DNA from: a virus
Taxonomy: Duplodnaviria; Caudoviricetes
Virus record (IMG/VR): IMGVR_UViG_3300022725_000257
Location: 1-57,312 of that record
Length of the DNA stretch: 57,312 nt
Strand: one strand, 5' to 3'
The notes below the pieces were generated by a model. The model was not told the origin of the DNA, did not search any database, and saw nothing but the letters and a program-made list of their open reading frames with translations. Within the stretch, counting starts at the first letter, position 1. The number at the start of each line of letters is the position of its first letter. Below, piece by piece: positions 26,333 through 37,076 of this stretch. Position numbers and translations under genes: made by a program.

Positions 26333-29300
26333 TGGCATACCTTAGACAAATATTCACAAAAATCTACCGAGCATCTAATGCCTTTAGTAAAATTATTAGA
26401 GCTAACCAATTTCTTGAAAAGACAAAAACAAGATTTACAGTTGACTATACACCCGGCGCTTTTGCCCTTGAAGGATTTGATGTTACAGGTGTAGGAAATG
26501 ATATAACCCTTGAGTGGATTGCCCGAGCCGAATTTGATAATTACAGGGTATATCGTTCAAGCGACAATCAGACATTCACAATGATTGTTGAGCTTGGCGT
26601 GGGTGTTGAGATGTATCAAGATAATAACTTAACGCAGGACACGTATTACTACTATGTTGTTGGCGTGCTGCCATCAGGTTTTGAAAGTTTAAAAACAGAT
26701 ACTATCTCTGTATTTGCCAATGAACCTCCCGGCGATCCAGTTAATTTGGCTGTTGTTGCCGAAAATGAGCAGGCGGTATTGACGTGGGACGCTGTAGATG
26801 ACAGCAATCTTCTTGAATATATTTTGTATTTAGACGGTGTTGAAGTTGACCGAACCACACAAACGCAATTCACATTTACCGGGCTAACTAACGGCCAGCA
26901 ATACACTTTTGGAGTACAAGCTATTGATGATTTGTCAGCTACAAGCGGGGTATCTGATATCATAGACACCGTTGCGGACACTATAGCCCCGGCGATTCCC
27001 ACGGGACTTTCGGTTGATGGTGCAGACACTGTTGCGGATTTATCGTGGAATGCAAATAGTGAACCGGATTTGGCTGGATATAATGTGTATGTAGACGGGG
27101 TGAAGGACAATGGCTCTATTGTAACAGGAACATCTTACCAAGCAACCGGATTGACTAATAATACGACCGTAGATTTTCAGGTGTCGGCCGTTGATGGTGA
27201 TGGTAATGAAAGTGGCCTTAGTGATATCGTATCAGAGTTCATTGAGGATACCGTTGCCCCGGCCGCGCCTGTTAATTTTACTGTTAATGACCTTAATGGT
27301 ATTGCTGATTTGTTTTGGGATGCATCGGCTGATGGTGATTTTAAAGAATCTCGTGTTTATTTAGATGGGGTTTTTCAAGGAGTTACAACTTCTACGACAT
27401 TTCAGATAACCGGGCTTACTGTTGGCCAGCAATATACCTACGAAGTATCTCATGTTGATACATCCGATAACGAATCTTCTAAAGCTCAAGTCGTTTCTGT
27501 AATGGCAGATGATATTGCCCCGGCCGCGCCAACGGGCTTAGTTGCGGTTGGAGAAAACGAAGTAGCAGACCTTTCCTGGAATGCAAATAGTGAACCGGAT
27601 TTGGCTGGGTACAATGTGTACGTTAATGGTGTTAAAGATAACGGTTCTGTAATAACTGCAACATCTTACCAGGTAACCGGCCTTACTAACGGGGCCAGTT
27701 ATGACTTTCAGGTTTCAGCCGTTGATGATTTCGATAATGAATCACCGCTAAGTGCTATTGTAAGTGAAGTGATAGAAGACACGTTAGCCCCTGCAACACC
27801 AACAGGGCTTACGGTTATACCTGGTGATACAGTTTTAGATTGCTCTTGGAGTGCAAATAGTGAACCGGATTTAGCCGGGTACAATGTGTACGTTAATGGT
27901 GTTAAAGATAACGGTTCTGTAATAACTGCAACATCTTACCAGGTAACCGGCCTTACTAACGGAGTTAGTTATGATATACAGGTTTCAGCCATTGATACAA
28001 GTGATAATGAATCGCTGCTAAGCGCCATTGTTTCGGGAACACCAGTTGTTCTTTTAGCCGAAAGTGTTGGTTTAGGTGTAGCAACGAATGGTATAGATCA
28101 ATACATAGACACAAATCAAACTTCATACAGTTTTTTTGGCGTTGCCTTCACTATAGAGTTTTATTTTAAAACAACGTCTACAACCAAAAGTACGCTTTTA
28201 GGTTCAGTAAACGATGGATTTACAACATTTTTACAGATATTTATTAATGCGAATGCATCCCAAACTGAATCAGCAGATAATTTAGTTATTGTTTTTAGGG
28301 ATGATTTAAGTAATGCGAAAACCTTTGGTACCAATTCACCACCAAAAAGTTTAACAGATGGAAACATGCATCATTTAGCATTTACTTTTACTGAGGTTAA
28401 TGATGTAAATTTATATGTAGATGGTGAAAAAGCACCCCTCTCACAAGCATCTAATGATACAATAGATCCTGCATCCTTTGTGGATTTTGAAAATAATTTA
28501 ACAATTGGAGCAAGAAATTTACGGGGGGTTATTGACAGCTTTTTTGATGGCTTAATACACGAGGTACGTATATGGGATGTGGAAAAAACTGAAACGCAAA
28601 TACAAAATCTTATTAACAGTGATCTTGTAGGAAATGAAACAAATCTCGTTAATTTTTATAAGTTCAGTGAAAACGCAGGAAATTTAACTAAAGATGCCGT
28701 GTCTGGCATTGATGGAGATTTAGTTGGAAACACTGATAATATAATGTGGAGTGATGTTTCGAAAAAGACTTCTGCTTTGTTTGACACTGATTTTGAACAG
28801 ATTATTATTAATAAAGATGTTTTTGGTGGTTTATCTGAATTTACTATTGAGTGCTGGTTTAGGGAAACATCTACAGGTTCCAGGAGGGGTATTATATCAA
28901 ACTTTTTAAGCACTGCCTCCGTGCATCATTTACTACGAAGTGATGAGGGTCAAATACAATTCTTTTTACGAAATGCTGCTGATGATCAGTTTTCTGTTTC
29001 TTATAATCCTACTACAACATTAGTATGGCACCACGTAGCAGTAACGGTATCACACATAAATAATGAGATTAAGCTTTATGTAGACGGCGTTGAAAGAGAT
29101 AGTACAATAATAACCGGAAACCCTAAGAATCCTTCTCAAGAACGCACTGTTTTAGGCGGAGAAGAACCATCTACTGCCTCAAGTTTATTTTTTAAAGGTT
29201 ACATTGATGATGTGAGATTTTGGGATGATGTGAGAACCCAGATAGAGATTCAAACATTAAGAAAAAATAGCCTTACAGGGGGTGAGACAAATCTTTTACA

Positions 29301-30111
29301 CTATTATAATTTCGATGATAAGGCGCCTTGGAAAGCTATTGACAGCGCTGGTAGTGAAGACGGCGACATAATAAATTCAATTTACGTACCGGTTGATGGT
29401 ACATATTCTGTTATAAGCGATAACACACTTATAACAAATGGAGTAGATCAAGCCGCAAATATTGGAGCAGAGGATATAGCTTCTGAGCTTGCTAACAACA
29501 TAACGGTAGAGTTTTGGTTTAGGACATCAGACACATCATTACAACGTGTTTTGGGTGTAACAGAAGATATAGGAAAAACTTTATTTGTTATTCATATTAA
29601 CGCTGATGAAACAGATTTAAACGTTCCCGGAAAAGTCCAATTAATAATTAGGGATGAAATCGGAAATATAATGAAAAGGGCGTTTTCAAGCGCACAAACA
29701 ATCAACGACAACAAGTGGCATCACTTAGCTATTTCAAAAGCCCAAAACAAGGATACTAAAATGTATTTAGATGGATTAGAAGTGCCTGTAGCTATAGGAG
29801 AAAACTTAACACCAAACACTTTTAATCCTTCGTTAACTTATCCTATATATTTTGGGGCTGGAAATGTACGTGATGTATCTTTATCTACTCCATTTACAGG
29901 AATGTTAAAAGATCTTAGGATTTGGAAAATAATACGTAATAAATGGGAGATAAGAGACTTTTATCAGAACTTATTACAAGGAGATGAAGATAATTTGATG
30001 CATTACTATAAATTTAATGAAGGCTCAGGAGATGTTTTTACTGATACCGTAACTGGTGCCACTAAAACATTAATTGGTAATGTTTCAGATAATATGTGGG
30101 GGCAGGTATGA
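26332..30111 (+). CDS. FN3-repeat and LamG/ConA-like domain virion protein (putative adhesin/fibre)
   Basis: About six FN3 repeats (APAAPTGL...LSWNANSEPDLAGYNVY...GLTNG..Y.FQVSAVD) then three LamG-like domains (FTIE.WF, WHHVAVT, LYVDG, IDDVRFW). Confidence 0.85.
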   Translation: MAYLRQIFTKIYRASNAFSKIIRANQFLEKTKTRFTVDYTPGAFALEGFDVTGVGNDITLEWIARAEFDNYRVYRSSDNQTFTMIVELGVGVEMYQDNNLTQDTYYYYVVGVLPSGFESLKTDTISVFANEPPGDPVNLAVVAENEQAVLTWDAVDDSNLLEYILYLDGVEVDRTTQTQFTFTGLTNGQQYTFGVQAIDDLSATSGVSDIIDTVADTIAPAIPTGLSVDGADTVADLSWNANSEPDLAGYNVYVDGVKDNGSIVTGTSYQATGLTNNTTVDFQVSAVDGDGNESGLSDIVSEFIEDTVAPAAPVNFTVNDLNGIADLFWDASADGDFKESRVYLDGVFQGVTTSTTFQITGLTVGQQYTYEVSHVDTSDNESSKAQVVSVMADDIAPAAPTGLVAVGENEVADLSWNANSEPDLAGYNVYVNGVKDNGSVITATSYQVTGLTNGASYDFQVSAVDDFDNESPLSAIVSEVIEDTLAPATPTGLTVIPGDTVLDCSWSANSEPDLAGYNVYVNGVKDNGSVITATSYQVTGLTNGVSYDIQVSAIDTSDNESLLSAIVSGTPVVLLAESVGLGVATNGIDQYIDTNQTSYSFFGVAFTIEFYFKTTSTTKSTLLGSVNDGFTTFLQIFINANASQTESADNLVIVFRDDLSNAKTFGTNSPPKSLTDGNMHHLAFTFTEVNDVNLYVDGEKAPLSQASNDTIDPASFVDFENNLTIGARNLRGVIDSFFDGLIHEVRIWDVEKTETQIQNLINSDLVGNETNLVNFYKFSENAGNLTKDAVSGIDGDLVGNTDNIMWSDVSKKTSALFDTDFEQIIINKDVFGGLSEFTIECWFRETSTGSRRGIISNFLSTASVHHLLRSDEGQIQFFLRNAADDQFSVSYNPTTTLVWHHVAVTVSHINNEIKLYVDGVERDSTIITGNPKNPSQERTVLGGEEPSTASSLFFKGYIDDVRFWDDVRTQIEIQTLRKNSLTGGETNLLHYYNFDDKAPWKAIDSAGSEDGDIINSIYVPVDGTYSVISDNTLITNGVDQAANIGAEDIASELANNITVEFWFRTSDTSLQRVLGVTEDIGKTLFVIHINADETDLNVPGKVQLIIRDEIGNIMKRAFSSAQTINDNKWHHLAISKAQNKDTKMYLDGLEVPVAIGENLTPNTFNPSLTYPIYFGAGNVRDVSLSTPFTGMLKDLRIWKIIRNKWEIRDFYQNLLQGDEDNLMHYYKFNEGSGDVFTDTVTGATKTLIGNVSDNMWGQV

Positions 30112-31658
30112 TAGCAACAAATACAAAAATAATTAAAATCAATAACTCATTCATACGCTTACAATTTGATCAGGGTTTTAGGGACGGCACGCAGTTTTGG
30201 GCAACCGGAACGCCGGATGATGGTACAGATTTTGTTTATTGGTTTGCCGAATACGACAACCAAACAGGTGTTTTTTTAAAAAGATGTGTTAGTGAAAAAT
30301 TTAGTGGTGGGTTTTCTACAGGTTTTAGTATTGATAGTCAGCAAAATTTGTATGTGATGAGTCGAGAAGGGCCGTTGTATAAATTAAATTATTATGATTT
30401 TTCTCTTGAAATATTACTTACAGAAACAGCAGTTCCGGCTGGGTTAGTAGTTGTAGAAGACCAGTCGGAAATATGGGTTCCTGCATTTGTAAATTTAGTA
30501 AAAGTATACGATTTGGAAACAGGTGATTTTAAAAGCCAACACACTTATTCAACGGCAACAAATAACGCTAAATATTTTTTACATGAAAAAACCATATTTA
30601 ACATTATTGATAGCATAAATGATGAATTTATTATTTCATTTATAAACACAGAAACTAAGCAAGCAAATATAAGCGCAGATTTACTTTCGGCGAGGCCAGT
30701 AACCCAAATAAGCACAAAGTCTTTTTTTATACAAAAAGGTTTTGTGTATTTAGTGTGGAAAGAAAATAGTGATAATTCACAAATTTATATGGGTAAATGG
30801 GATATAGAATCCTTTAATAATATTTGGATAAAATTATTACCCCAAAGCTTTAGCGGGAGTAGTAATACAGAAATAGTATTAGATGGAACCGATAAAATTT
30901 ATTACACATGGGACGATAACGACACAGCAAGGGCGGCTTGTCTGCAAGTAGACGCTAATGGAAACAATCCTGTATTGTTATGGGAAAATGGTAATATTCT
31001 TAGCTCATCAACTTTAAGCGTAAACTCAACTTGGCTTGAAATAGAAAAAGAATCTACAGGGTTTTTATTTATTTTACATAGTGTTGGCGCTGGAATATCG
31101 GTGTTAGATAAATTAACCGGTGAAAAAGTTATTGGGACACAACCCTCCCCACCAAGGTCTAACTTTATAAAAATTATACCGCTTACAGACTCTGATCAAG
31201 TCGGGTTTAGACAAATGCGGCTTAGCTCGGAAGACTGGGAGTCTTTTATCCCTGGCACAGAAGATATTGTTCGACCATCAACAGGATATGTAAACAACGG
31301 GTTAACATTTGATGATCCATTTAACATAACCGAATTTGATAACAAAAAGTATTTGCGGTTAGCAATGTTTATCCTCGAAGCATTTAGAACAGGTGGGTCA
31401 AGCGAAGGTTTAACTTTAACATTGCAGATTATAAAAGAATACACAGACTCCACACCAGACGAAATTTTGTTTTCAGAAGACGTAACGGGCTTTAGTATAC
31501 TGTTTGAACAAACAACTACTAAAGAAATAAGAGTAGATCAAATTATTGATTTAACAAATACTAAAAGAATATATTTAAATATAACAGAAAGCAGCCCTGT
31601 AGATTTTTTACCAACAGATACATTTATTATTGACTTATATGCAGACTTTGATTTTTAA
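30108..31658 (+). CDS. Hypothetical virion protein, possible beta-propeller
   Basis: AT-rich gene, ATGA overlap, beta-rich repeats. Confidence 0.6.
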   Translation: MIATNTKIIKINNSFIRLQFDQGFRDGTQFWATGTPDDGTDFVYWFAEYDNQTGVFLKRCVSEKFSGGFSTGFSIDSQQNLYVMSREGPLYKLNYYDFSLEILLTETAVPAGLVVVEDQSEIWVPAFVNLVKVYDLETGDFKSQHTYSTATNNAKYFLHEKTIFNIIDSINDEFIISFINTETKQANISADLLSARPVTQISTKSFFIQKGFVYLVWKENSDNSQIYMGKWDIESFNNIWIKLLPQSFSGSSNTEIVLDGTDKIYYTWDDNDTARAACLQVDANGNNPVLLWENGNILSSSTLSVNSTWLEIEKESTGFLFILHSVGAGISVLDKLTGEKVIGTQPSPPRSNFIKIIPLTDSDQVGFRQMRLSSEDWESFIPGTEDIVRPSTGYVNNGLTFDDPFNITEFDNKKYLRLAMFILEAFRTGGSSEGLTLTLQIIKEYTDSTPDEILFSEDVTGFSILFEQTTTKEIRVDQIIDLTNTKRIYLNITESSPVDFLPTDTFIIDLYADFDF

Positions 31659-31716
31659 GTTGAATCTTTGGAAAACGAATTGTTACTTTAACTAACCTTT
31701 AATATAATTTACTATT

Positions 31717-31818
31717 ATGCCAAAAGACACGAAAGTACCCGAAGGAACCAAAACAGAAACCGTTGAAGGCCATACAGTAACTGTGCCCCGAACCAGGCGT
31801 CCAGCGCCGGGAAAATAA
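31717..31818 (+). CDS. Small hypothetical peptide (33 aa)
   Basis: ACTATTATG start; MPKDTKVPEGTKTETVEGHTVTVPRTRRPAPGK. Confidence 0.45.
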   Translation: MPKDTKVPEGTKTETVEGHTVTVPRTRRPAPGK

Positions 31819-31829
31819 ACAGGTGTTAA

Positions 31830-32462
31830 ATGAATTACGATGGGTTTATTGACCGGGTAAACGACAAGGTTCGTACAGATGATGAGTGGCCAGTAAGCGC
31901 CAGCGCAACCGCTGAACAGGTGGAATTATCCTATTTAGCGGCAATAGCAGTTGCCGCAACATTACCATTATCTGCTTTTACCGGTTCTTTTTTTACTGAT
32001 ACAGCTTTAACAGGAGCCACCAGTGTTTTACCGGCATTAGATAAATATGTACTGCCAAACACAATGTTTAGGTTTCGCGATGACCTTGGTATTTCAACAG
32101 TAAGCATAGACGGTATTGAATACCAACTTTTTGAAGCACAAAATGCTCAGACTATCCGCCAAAAAGCCCGCAACAACCTATATAAAGACAGTGTTCTTTT
32201 TTCTATTGACCTTAAAGACCGACTTCTTTACGTGCTAACTGGGCAATCCGTTAAGGTAAGACACCTTACTGAATTCACTAAGCCAGCTGTAGCGGATATT
32301 GGATCAACCACGTATCCCCTAACAGGCACCCATGCAGAGCAAGCGGCCACCATTGCCGCCTCGCACGTTCTTGGAGAGCTTAAAAGAGACCCTGCCGGCG
32401 CACAATTTCAAACACTGTTAAACAACATATACTCAACAACCAACCCTCAACCTGCTGAATAA
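31830..32462 (+). CDS. Putative virion/head-tail protein
   Basis: 210 aa, coupled to the portal gene. Confidence 0.5.
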   Translation: MNYDGFIDRVNDKVRTDDEWPVSASATAEQVELSYLAAIAVAATLPLSAFTGSFFTDTALTGATSVLPALDKYVLPNTMFRFRDDLGISTVSIDGIEYQLFEAQNAQTIRQKARNNLYKDSVLFSIDLKDRLLYVLTGQSVKVRHLTEFTKPAVADIGSTTYPLTGTHAEQAATIAASHVLGELKRDPAGAQFQTLLNNIYSTTNPQPAE

Positions 32463-34738
32463 TGGGTAAAAAACAATTCCGTATAGACCAGATTCAGTAC
32501 TATGTTTGGGCGCTGTCCCAAGACTGGAAATCTATGCCAGGGGGTTATGATGCGGAAAACAAACACAAACGCCTTAAAGACATGGCCGGGGGTTATAAGG
32601 GTGTTATTCAAGCGAGCCTTTCAACCCTGGATACCCTTATTGAGGCGGAATTAAAAGAAGACGCTTACCACCAGCAAATGTATTGGTTGTGGGTAGACCG
32701 CGCCATAGAAGCTATTGGTATGATTGAAGCCGATGGCCTTGATATAGCTCAAAGAGGCCGGCTGTATGCACATTCATACCGAAAAGCTCATGAAAACAAT
32801 AGCAAGTACAACGCTTTTATATCCCTTGTTAAACCCAATCTTGATATCTATGAGAACCAGATCAACCAAAGTAACGTTGTATTTGAAGCTGTTCCAAACG
32901 ACAGCGCAACCGATGCCCAGGCCATAGCTGATTTTAATGATTATACATCAGAGATTCTTAACCAAAACAATTGGGAATCTGTTAAATCGAGGATGGTGCA
33001 TGATTTTGCTGCCTTTGGTTCAGGTATTGTTAAAGTAGAATACCGCCAAGATGAACAGTCTGCCGATGCGACATTTATTGAGGAGCAGATACGAAGCGGC
33101 AATCCTATATCATTTAACGAATGGGAACGAGCTAAGAATATTTTTAAAGCTCATGCTATTGAGTACGTAGATACTTTTGAAATTATAGCCAACCGGTTTG
33201 CCAACGGGCAAGGCTCATGGGATATGGCTGGCTCCGACAAACACCCTTATGTTCACAGGGTTACTCAAAAAAGACTTTCGTGGCTTAAACGCCAATATCC
33301 AGAACATGCAGAAAGAATAAAGCCCAGCACTTCAGATGTTTATATAACCTGCAACCCCCGGGGGTATATACTCAATCACGATGATGAAGACAGTGCAACA
33401 TTAAAGCAGACATATATACGTTTCCCGGTAAGCTACGATTTAACAGTTCCTGTTCAGCTTGATGATGGCAGTATTGAACGTGTTGTTAATCCAATAAGGC
33501 GAAGTGCAGTGTTACGTGTTGACCGCATAGAAGGCGTTGGAATAGTAGATATGGCCCTTGATGAATATGCTCATAATATGTTGCCTTTTATACAGGCTGT
33601 TAACTTTCCATCTTCAAAACATTCCCGAGGTATAGGGAACTGTAAATACGGGTATGCCCCGCAGAAAGTACATCAAATTATGTTTAACGGTCAATTAAGA
33701 ATGTTTGACCGAATGGTTAAAGGAGGAGGATGGTTCTTTAAAGAAGTTATTGATAAACAAGAGATCCGAGCGCAACAAAAAGAAGGCACATGGATTGGTA
33801 TTGACCGCAGTAAACTCCCCGCAGACCTGCAAAACAGGCCTATTAGAGAGCTTGTCGCCGAAAACAGCCAATTACAATTTCCACCCATATATGAGCGGAT
33901 ACAGGGATTAACCGAACGGTACATAAATACAGCTATGAGCACCCCGCCAAGTGAAAAAGGTATCCGGCAAGGTAGTTCAGCCCGGCAGGATTTAGCTCTT
34001 ATTAACCAAGCTCAAAGCTCAAAAGCCGGGGGAGCGCACAACTTTGAACTTTCAATGCAACCGCTTGGCAAGATAGTACACAGTAATATTGTGCAGTTCG
34101 ATGGCAAGAAGATCAATCTTGAGTTTGTAACCAATGACAGTGAATCGCCTGCCGGTATCCGGCGCGTAGTTTTAAATCAGGTTATAAACGAAAAAGTTGT
34201 TTTTGATCCTACAGCCGAAGATGACGGAAGGATGAGCCGATGGAAAATTATCCCAACAAAGATTCGCAACAATCTTATGAGCCTGCGATTTACCACACGC
34301 CTTGCCACACGAAGTCTGTTGCCAACGAACCCGACAGAGCGCCGGCTGTTTATGAGCGATTTTATACAACGCATATTCCCGCTAACAGAAACAGAAAGGG
34401 GTATAGAGCTGCTTAAATGGCTTGTTGAGGAAGGTATAGGTGGGGTGCCAAGTTTTGAAAACAAAATAAAGAAAATTGAAGAATCCATAAGCCGGGACAG
34501 GCAATTCCAACAGCAGATCCAACAGCAACAGTTAGCATCTGAACAGCAAGAAAAACAATTTGAGCAACAAGTTAAGCTCGAAGAACTTAGCCAGGAACTG
34601 AAACGCTTAGAAGATATCGAAGATAAAAACGATCAAGATAGTATCATAAAAGGACTCAATATGCTGATGGATGCCCAACAGCAAGGAGTGCCGGTTCAAG
34701 GATTATTGGAACAACTACAACTCATAACCCAAAGATAG
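32462..34738 (+). CDS. Portal protein (P22-like)
   Basis: 758 aa; FGSGIVKVEY, LPFI, Q-rich coiled-coil C-terminus; sits before scaffold and capsid. Confidence 0.8.
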   Translation: MGKKQFRIDQIQYYVWALSQDWKSMPGGYDAENKHKRLKDMAGGYKGVIQASLSTLDTLIEAELKEDAYHQQMYWLWVDRAIEAIGMIEADGLDIAQRGRLYAHSYRKAHENNSKYNAFISLVKPNLDIYENQINQSNVVFEAVPNDSATDAQAIADFNDYTSEILNQNNWESVKSRMVHDFAAFGSGIVKVEYRQDEQSADATFIEEQIRSGNPISFNEWERAKNIFKAHAIEYVDTFEIIANRFANGQGSWDMAGSDKHPYVHRVTQKRLSWLKRQYPEHAERIKPSTSDVYITCNPRGYILNHDDEDSATLKQTYIRFPVSYDLTVPVQLDDGSIERVVNPIRRSAVLRVDRIEGVGIVDMALDEYAHNMLPFIQAVNFPSSKHSRGIGNCKYGYAPQKVHQIMFNGQLRMFDRMVKGGGWFFKEVIDKQEIRAQQKEGTWIGIDRSKLPADLQNRPIRELVAENSQLQFPPIYERIQGLTERYINTAMSTPPSEKGIRQGSSARQDLALINQAQSSKAGGAHNFELSMQPLGKIVHSNIVQFDGKKINLEFVTNDSESPAGIRRVVLNQVINEKVVFDPTAEDDGRMSRWKIIPTKIRNNLMSLRFTTRLATRSLLPTNPTERRLFMSDFIQRIFPLTETERGIELLKWLVEEGIGGVPSFENKIKKIEESISRDRQFQQQIQQQQLASEQQEKQFEQQVKLEELSQELKRLEDIEDKNDQDSIIKGLNMLMDAQQQGVPVQGLLEQLQLITQR

Positions 34739-34742
34739 AAAC

Positions 34743-36185
34743 ATGTTAACAGATTTATTTACAAGCCTTGGTATATATTACGATGCTCCAGATGACTCCG
34801 GCGTACAGCAAACAAAATCCCTTGAGGAGCTTACAAATGAAAGGGTAACACCTAATACACCCGATACCCCGGATACTCCGAAAGAAAAAGATGAGGATGA
34901 ACGCCAAGAGGAACCAAAAGAAAAAGCTTCAGAAAAAAAACCTGATAGCGAGGAACAACCTGATGGCGAACAGGCAGATACACCCAAGGGCGAAGCTGGT
35001 GAACAGCCCAGCGAGGAAGGTAAAAAACCTAAAGAAGCAACTGAAAAAGAAGATGAGGAGCCGGGTTTTTTCTATGACCCTGAAGTTCATGTAGAAGGGG
35101 AGCCAGCACACACCAATAAATTTCAGACAAGAGAAAAAGCCGAATTTGCCGCTATAAACAAAGCGGATTTGCTCAAGAAAAAATTAGAGCAAATGAAAGA
35201 AGACAATATAGATCGGGGTGCCGTTCCCCTACCCAAAGCGTTGCAAGAAAATATCGAGATGCTCGACAACCTAACATCTCTTGAGTTTGTTCATCAAATG
35301 GAAGATGATGACCTACGGGAATTTCTAAATGAATCGGATCGTTCTCGGCAATTATTAGACCGAAAGCACGATAGAGTTAAAAATGAAGCAGAGCTAAGAC
35401 AGGCTAAAAGCGAATACGAAGAAAAACAAATTAAGCTCTATGATGACCTTACGGCACTTATGAGTCAGGATGAGATCCAAAAGAATCTCAATAAAATTGG
35501 TGATCCGCAAAAAGGTAAAGAATACCTGAATAGTGTTATTGATCAAAAGGTTAAAGATGAGACCGAGCAGATGCGCCAAGATCTTCAAGAATGGATTGAT
35601 AAAGTTGATTCAGGCGAAATTGATTTATCAATCAAAGAATTCGACCAGCAGAAACAGACAAAACTTGATGCCATTAAAGACAAAGCGGAATCCGTTCGAA
35701 AGACCCATCAGCCGGTGTTAGAAACCTTTGATTCACTGCATGACCTGCACAAAAAAGTTGGAGAAAAACAAGCACTAACTCCTGAACAAAAAGCAGAGAA
35801 TATGTGGAGATCTTTCGATGAATTTCAGAAAGACCGCGCCGGAGACCTGCCAATACTTGCTGACAATGCAGATGCCCGAATGGAGCTTGTTGCTGCTAAA
35901 AAATTTGCTGTAGCTAACGCCTCCGATTACAACGATCTGCAACACCCGGCCGATTGGGTAAAAGCAATAACCGATGGATGGGAAAGCCATAAAAAGAAAA
36001 TACGAGCCAATAATCAGCGTAACAAGATACAGGATAAAAAAACCGAGGATGAACAGCCCGATGATATACCAAAGCCCGGAGACCAAACCAAGCTTAAAGG
36101 CGATGGAAGCAAGATGGTAGAAACCACCAACAAGAAAAACCTCGACAAACTTGAACAACTAACAAATGCGCGTGTAGGCGCTTAA
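34743..36185 (+). CDS. Putative scaffolding protein
   Basis: Acidic low-complexity N-terminus, coiled-coil-like body, position after portal. Confidence 0.65.
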   Translation: MLTDLFTSLGIYYDAPDDSGVQQTKSLEELTNERVTPNTPDTPDTPKEKDEDERQEEPKEKASEKKPDSEEQPDGEQADTPKGEAGEQPSEEGKKPKEATEKEDEEPGFFYDPEVHVEGEPAHTNKFQTREKAEFAAINKADLLKKKLEQMKEDNIDRGAVPLPKALQENIEMLDNLTSLEFVHQMEDDDLREFLNESDRSRQLLDRKHDRVKNEAELRQAKSEYEEKQIKLYDDLTALMSQDEIQKNLNKIGDPQKGKEYLNSVIDQKVKDETEQMRQDLQEWIDKVDSGEIDLSIKEFDQQKQTKLDAIKDKAESVRKTHQPVLETFDSLHDLHKKVGEKQALTPEQKAENMWRSFDEFQKDRAGDLPILADNADARMELVAAKKFAVANASDYNDLQHPADWVKAITDGWESHKKKIRANNQRNKIQDKKTEDEQPDDIPKPGDQTKLKGDGSKMVETTNKKNLDKLEQLTNARVGA

Positions 36186-36199
36186 TTAAGGAGTGTATT

Positions 36200-36844
36200 A
36201 TGAGCTATAAACAAATTCCAGGTTCGGTTCAAATGTTCGTTAACGAAAAAGGAACCTTCAGAATAGGATTGAGAAACTTATATCCAGACGACAACCGGCT
36301 GTTATATAAAAGAGATAAAGAGAATAATCTTATTGACGAGTGGCCGGATGTTGTAGTTCGTACCGAAGACGAAAGCGACCCGCTTGTAATGAGTGTGCCC
36401 GAAGCTATACTAAAAGCTCAGGGGGTTATCCCCAGCTCTGTTGAATGTGATTCGGGGGATTTTGAGATTAAAAAAGGGGCTAAATACAAGCCGGCCAATT
36501 GGGGGCAGGACAATATCGAATACACCGGCGCAAAGAAAACCCCGTACAAAGGCAAGCCCAAAGAGGTGGAGCCGGAACCAGAACCAAAACAACCCACAGA
36601 ACCCCCAAAGAAAGCTGAAGAACAAACAGAATCTAAAGAACCAGCCGAAGTAAAAATAAAAGAAAATCCTTTATCAAAAGGTTCAGCAGAATTAAGTGCT
36701 AAAGAGGCGGTTGAGATTATAGAAACCTATGACTATGAAGAACTTGAAGACATAGGGTTTTACACCGAAGATACTTTATCCCGGCCGCGTAAAACAGTGC
36801 AAGATGCCTGGACGCAAAAAGGTAAAACCAAAGAAACCCCATAG
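36200..36844 (+). CDS. Hypothetical protein
   Basis: 214 aa with P/E/K linker. Confidence 0.75.
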   Translation: MSYKQIPGSVQMFVNEKGTFRIGLRNLYPDDNRLLYKRDKENNLIDEWPDVVVRTEDESDPLVMSVPEAILKAQGVIPSSVECDSGDFEIKKGAKYKPANWGQDNIEYTGAKKTPYKGKPKEVEPEPEPKQPTEPPKKAEEQTESKEPAEVKIKENPLSKGSAELSAKEAVEIIETYDYEELEDIGFYTEDTLSRPRKTVQDAWTQKGKTKETP

Positions 36845-36848
36845 ACCC

Positions 36849-36889
36849 AACCCCGTGAGGTTTTGCCATTAGCCTTGCGGGGTTTTTTT
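36849..36889 (+). terminator. Rho-independent terminator
   Basis: AACCCCGTGAGG...CCTTGCGGGGTT followed by a T-run. Confidence 0.75.
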
Positions 36890-36893
36890 AATA

Positions 36894-37035
36894 TTGATTT
36901 TCTATTCAAAAATAACCAAATTACCTGTGGTTCAAGGAAAGCAGATCCTTTCCCCTGACAAAATGATCTTTGTCCGAGCCTTAAAAGACAAACATCAGTA
37001 GCCGACTCAGGCTATGTACCGATCTGCATACAGCC
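36894..37035 (+). promoter_or_regulatory. Capsid-gene promoter and structured 5' leader
   Basis: TTGATT-17-CAAATT, then three 6-bp stems with NNGATC loops. Confidence 0.55.
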
Positions 37036-37076
37036 TGCACAACCCGTCTACGCTTGAACCTAAAAATTATATTGCA

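Noticed and set aside
27046-27992. Near-identical repeats as a diversity-generating retroelement TR/VR pair
   Set aside because: No reverse transcriptase in the genome, differences are not adenine-specific, and the repeats are in-frame FN3 domains.
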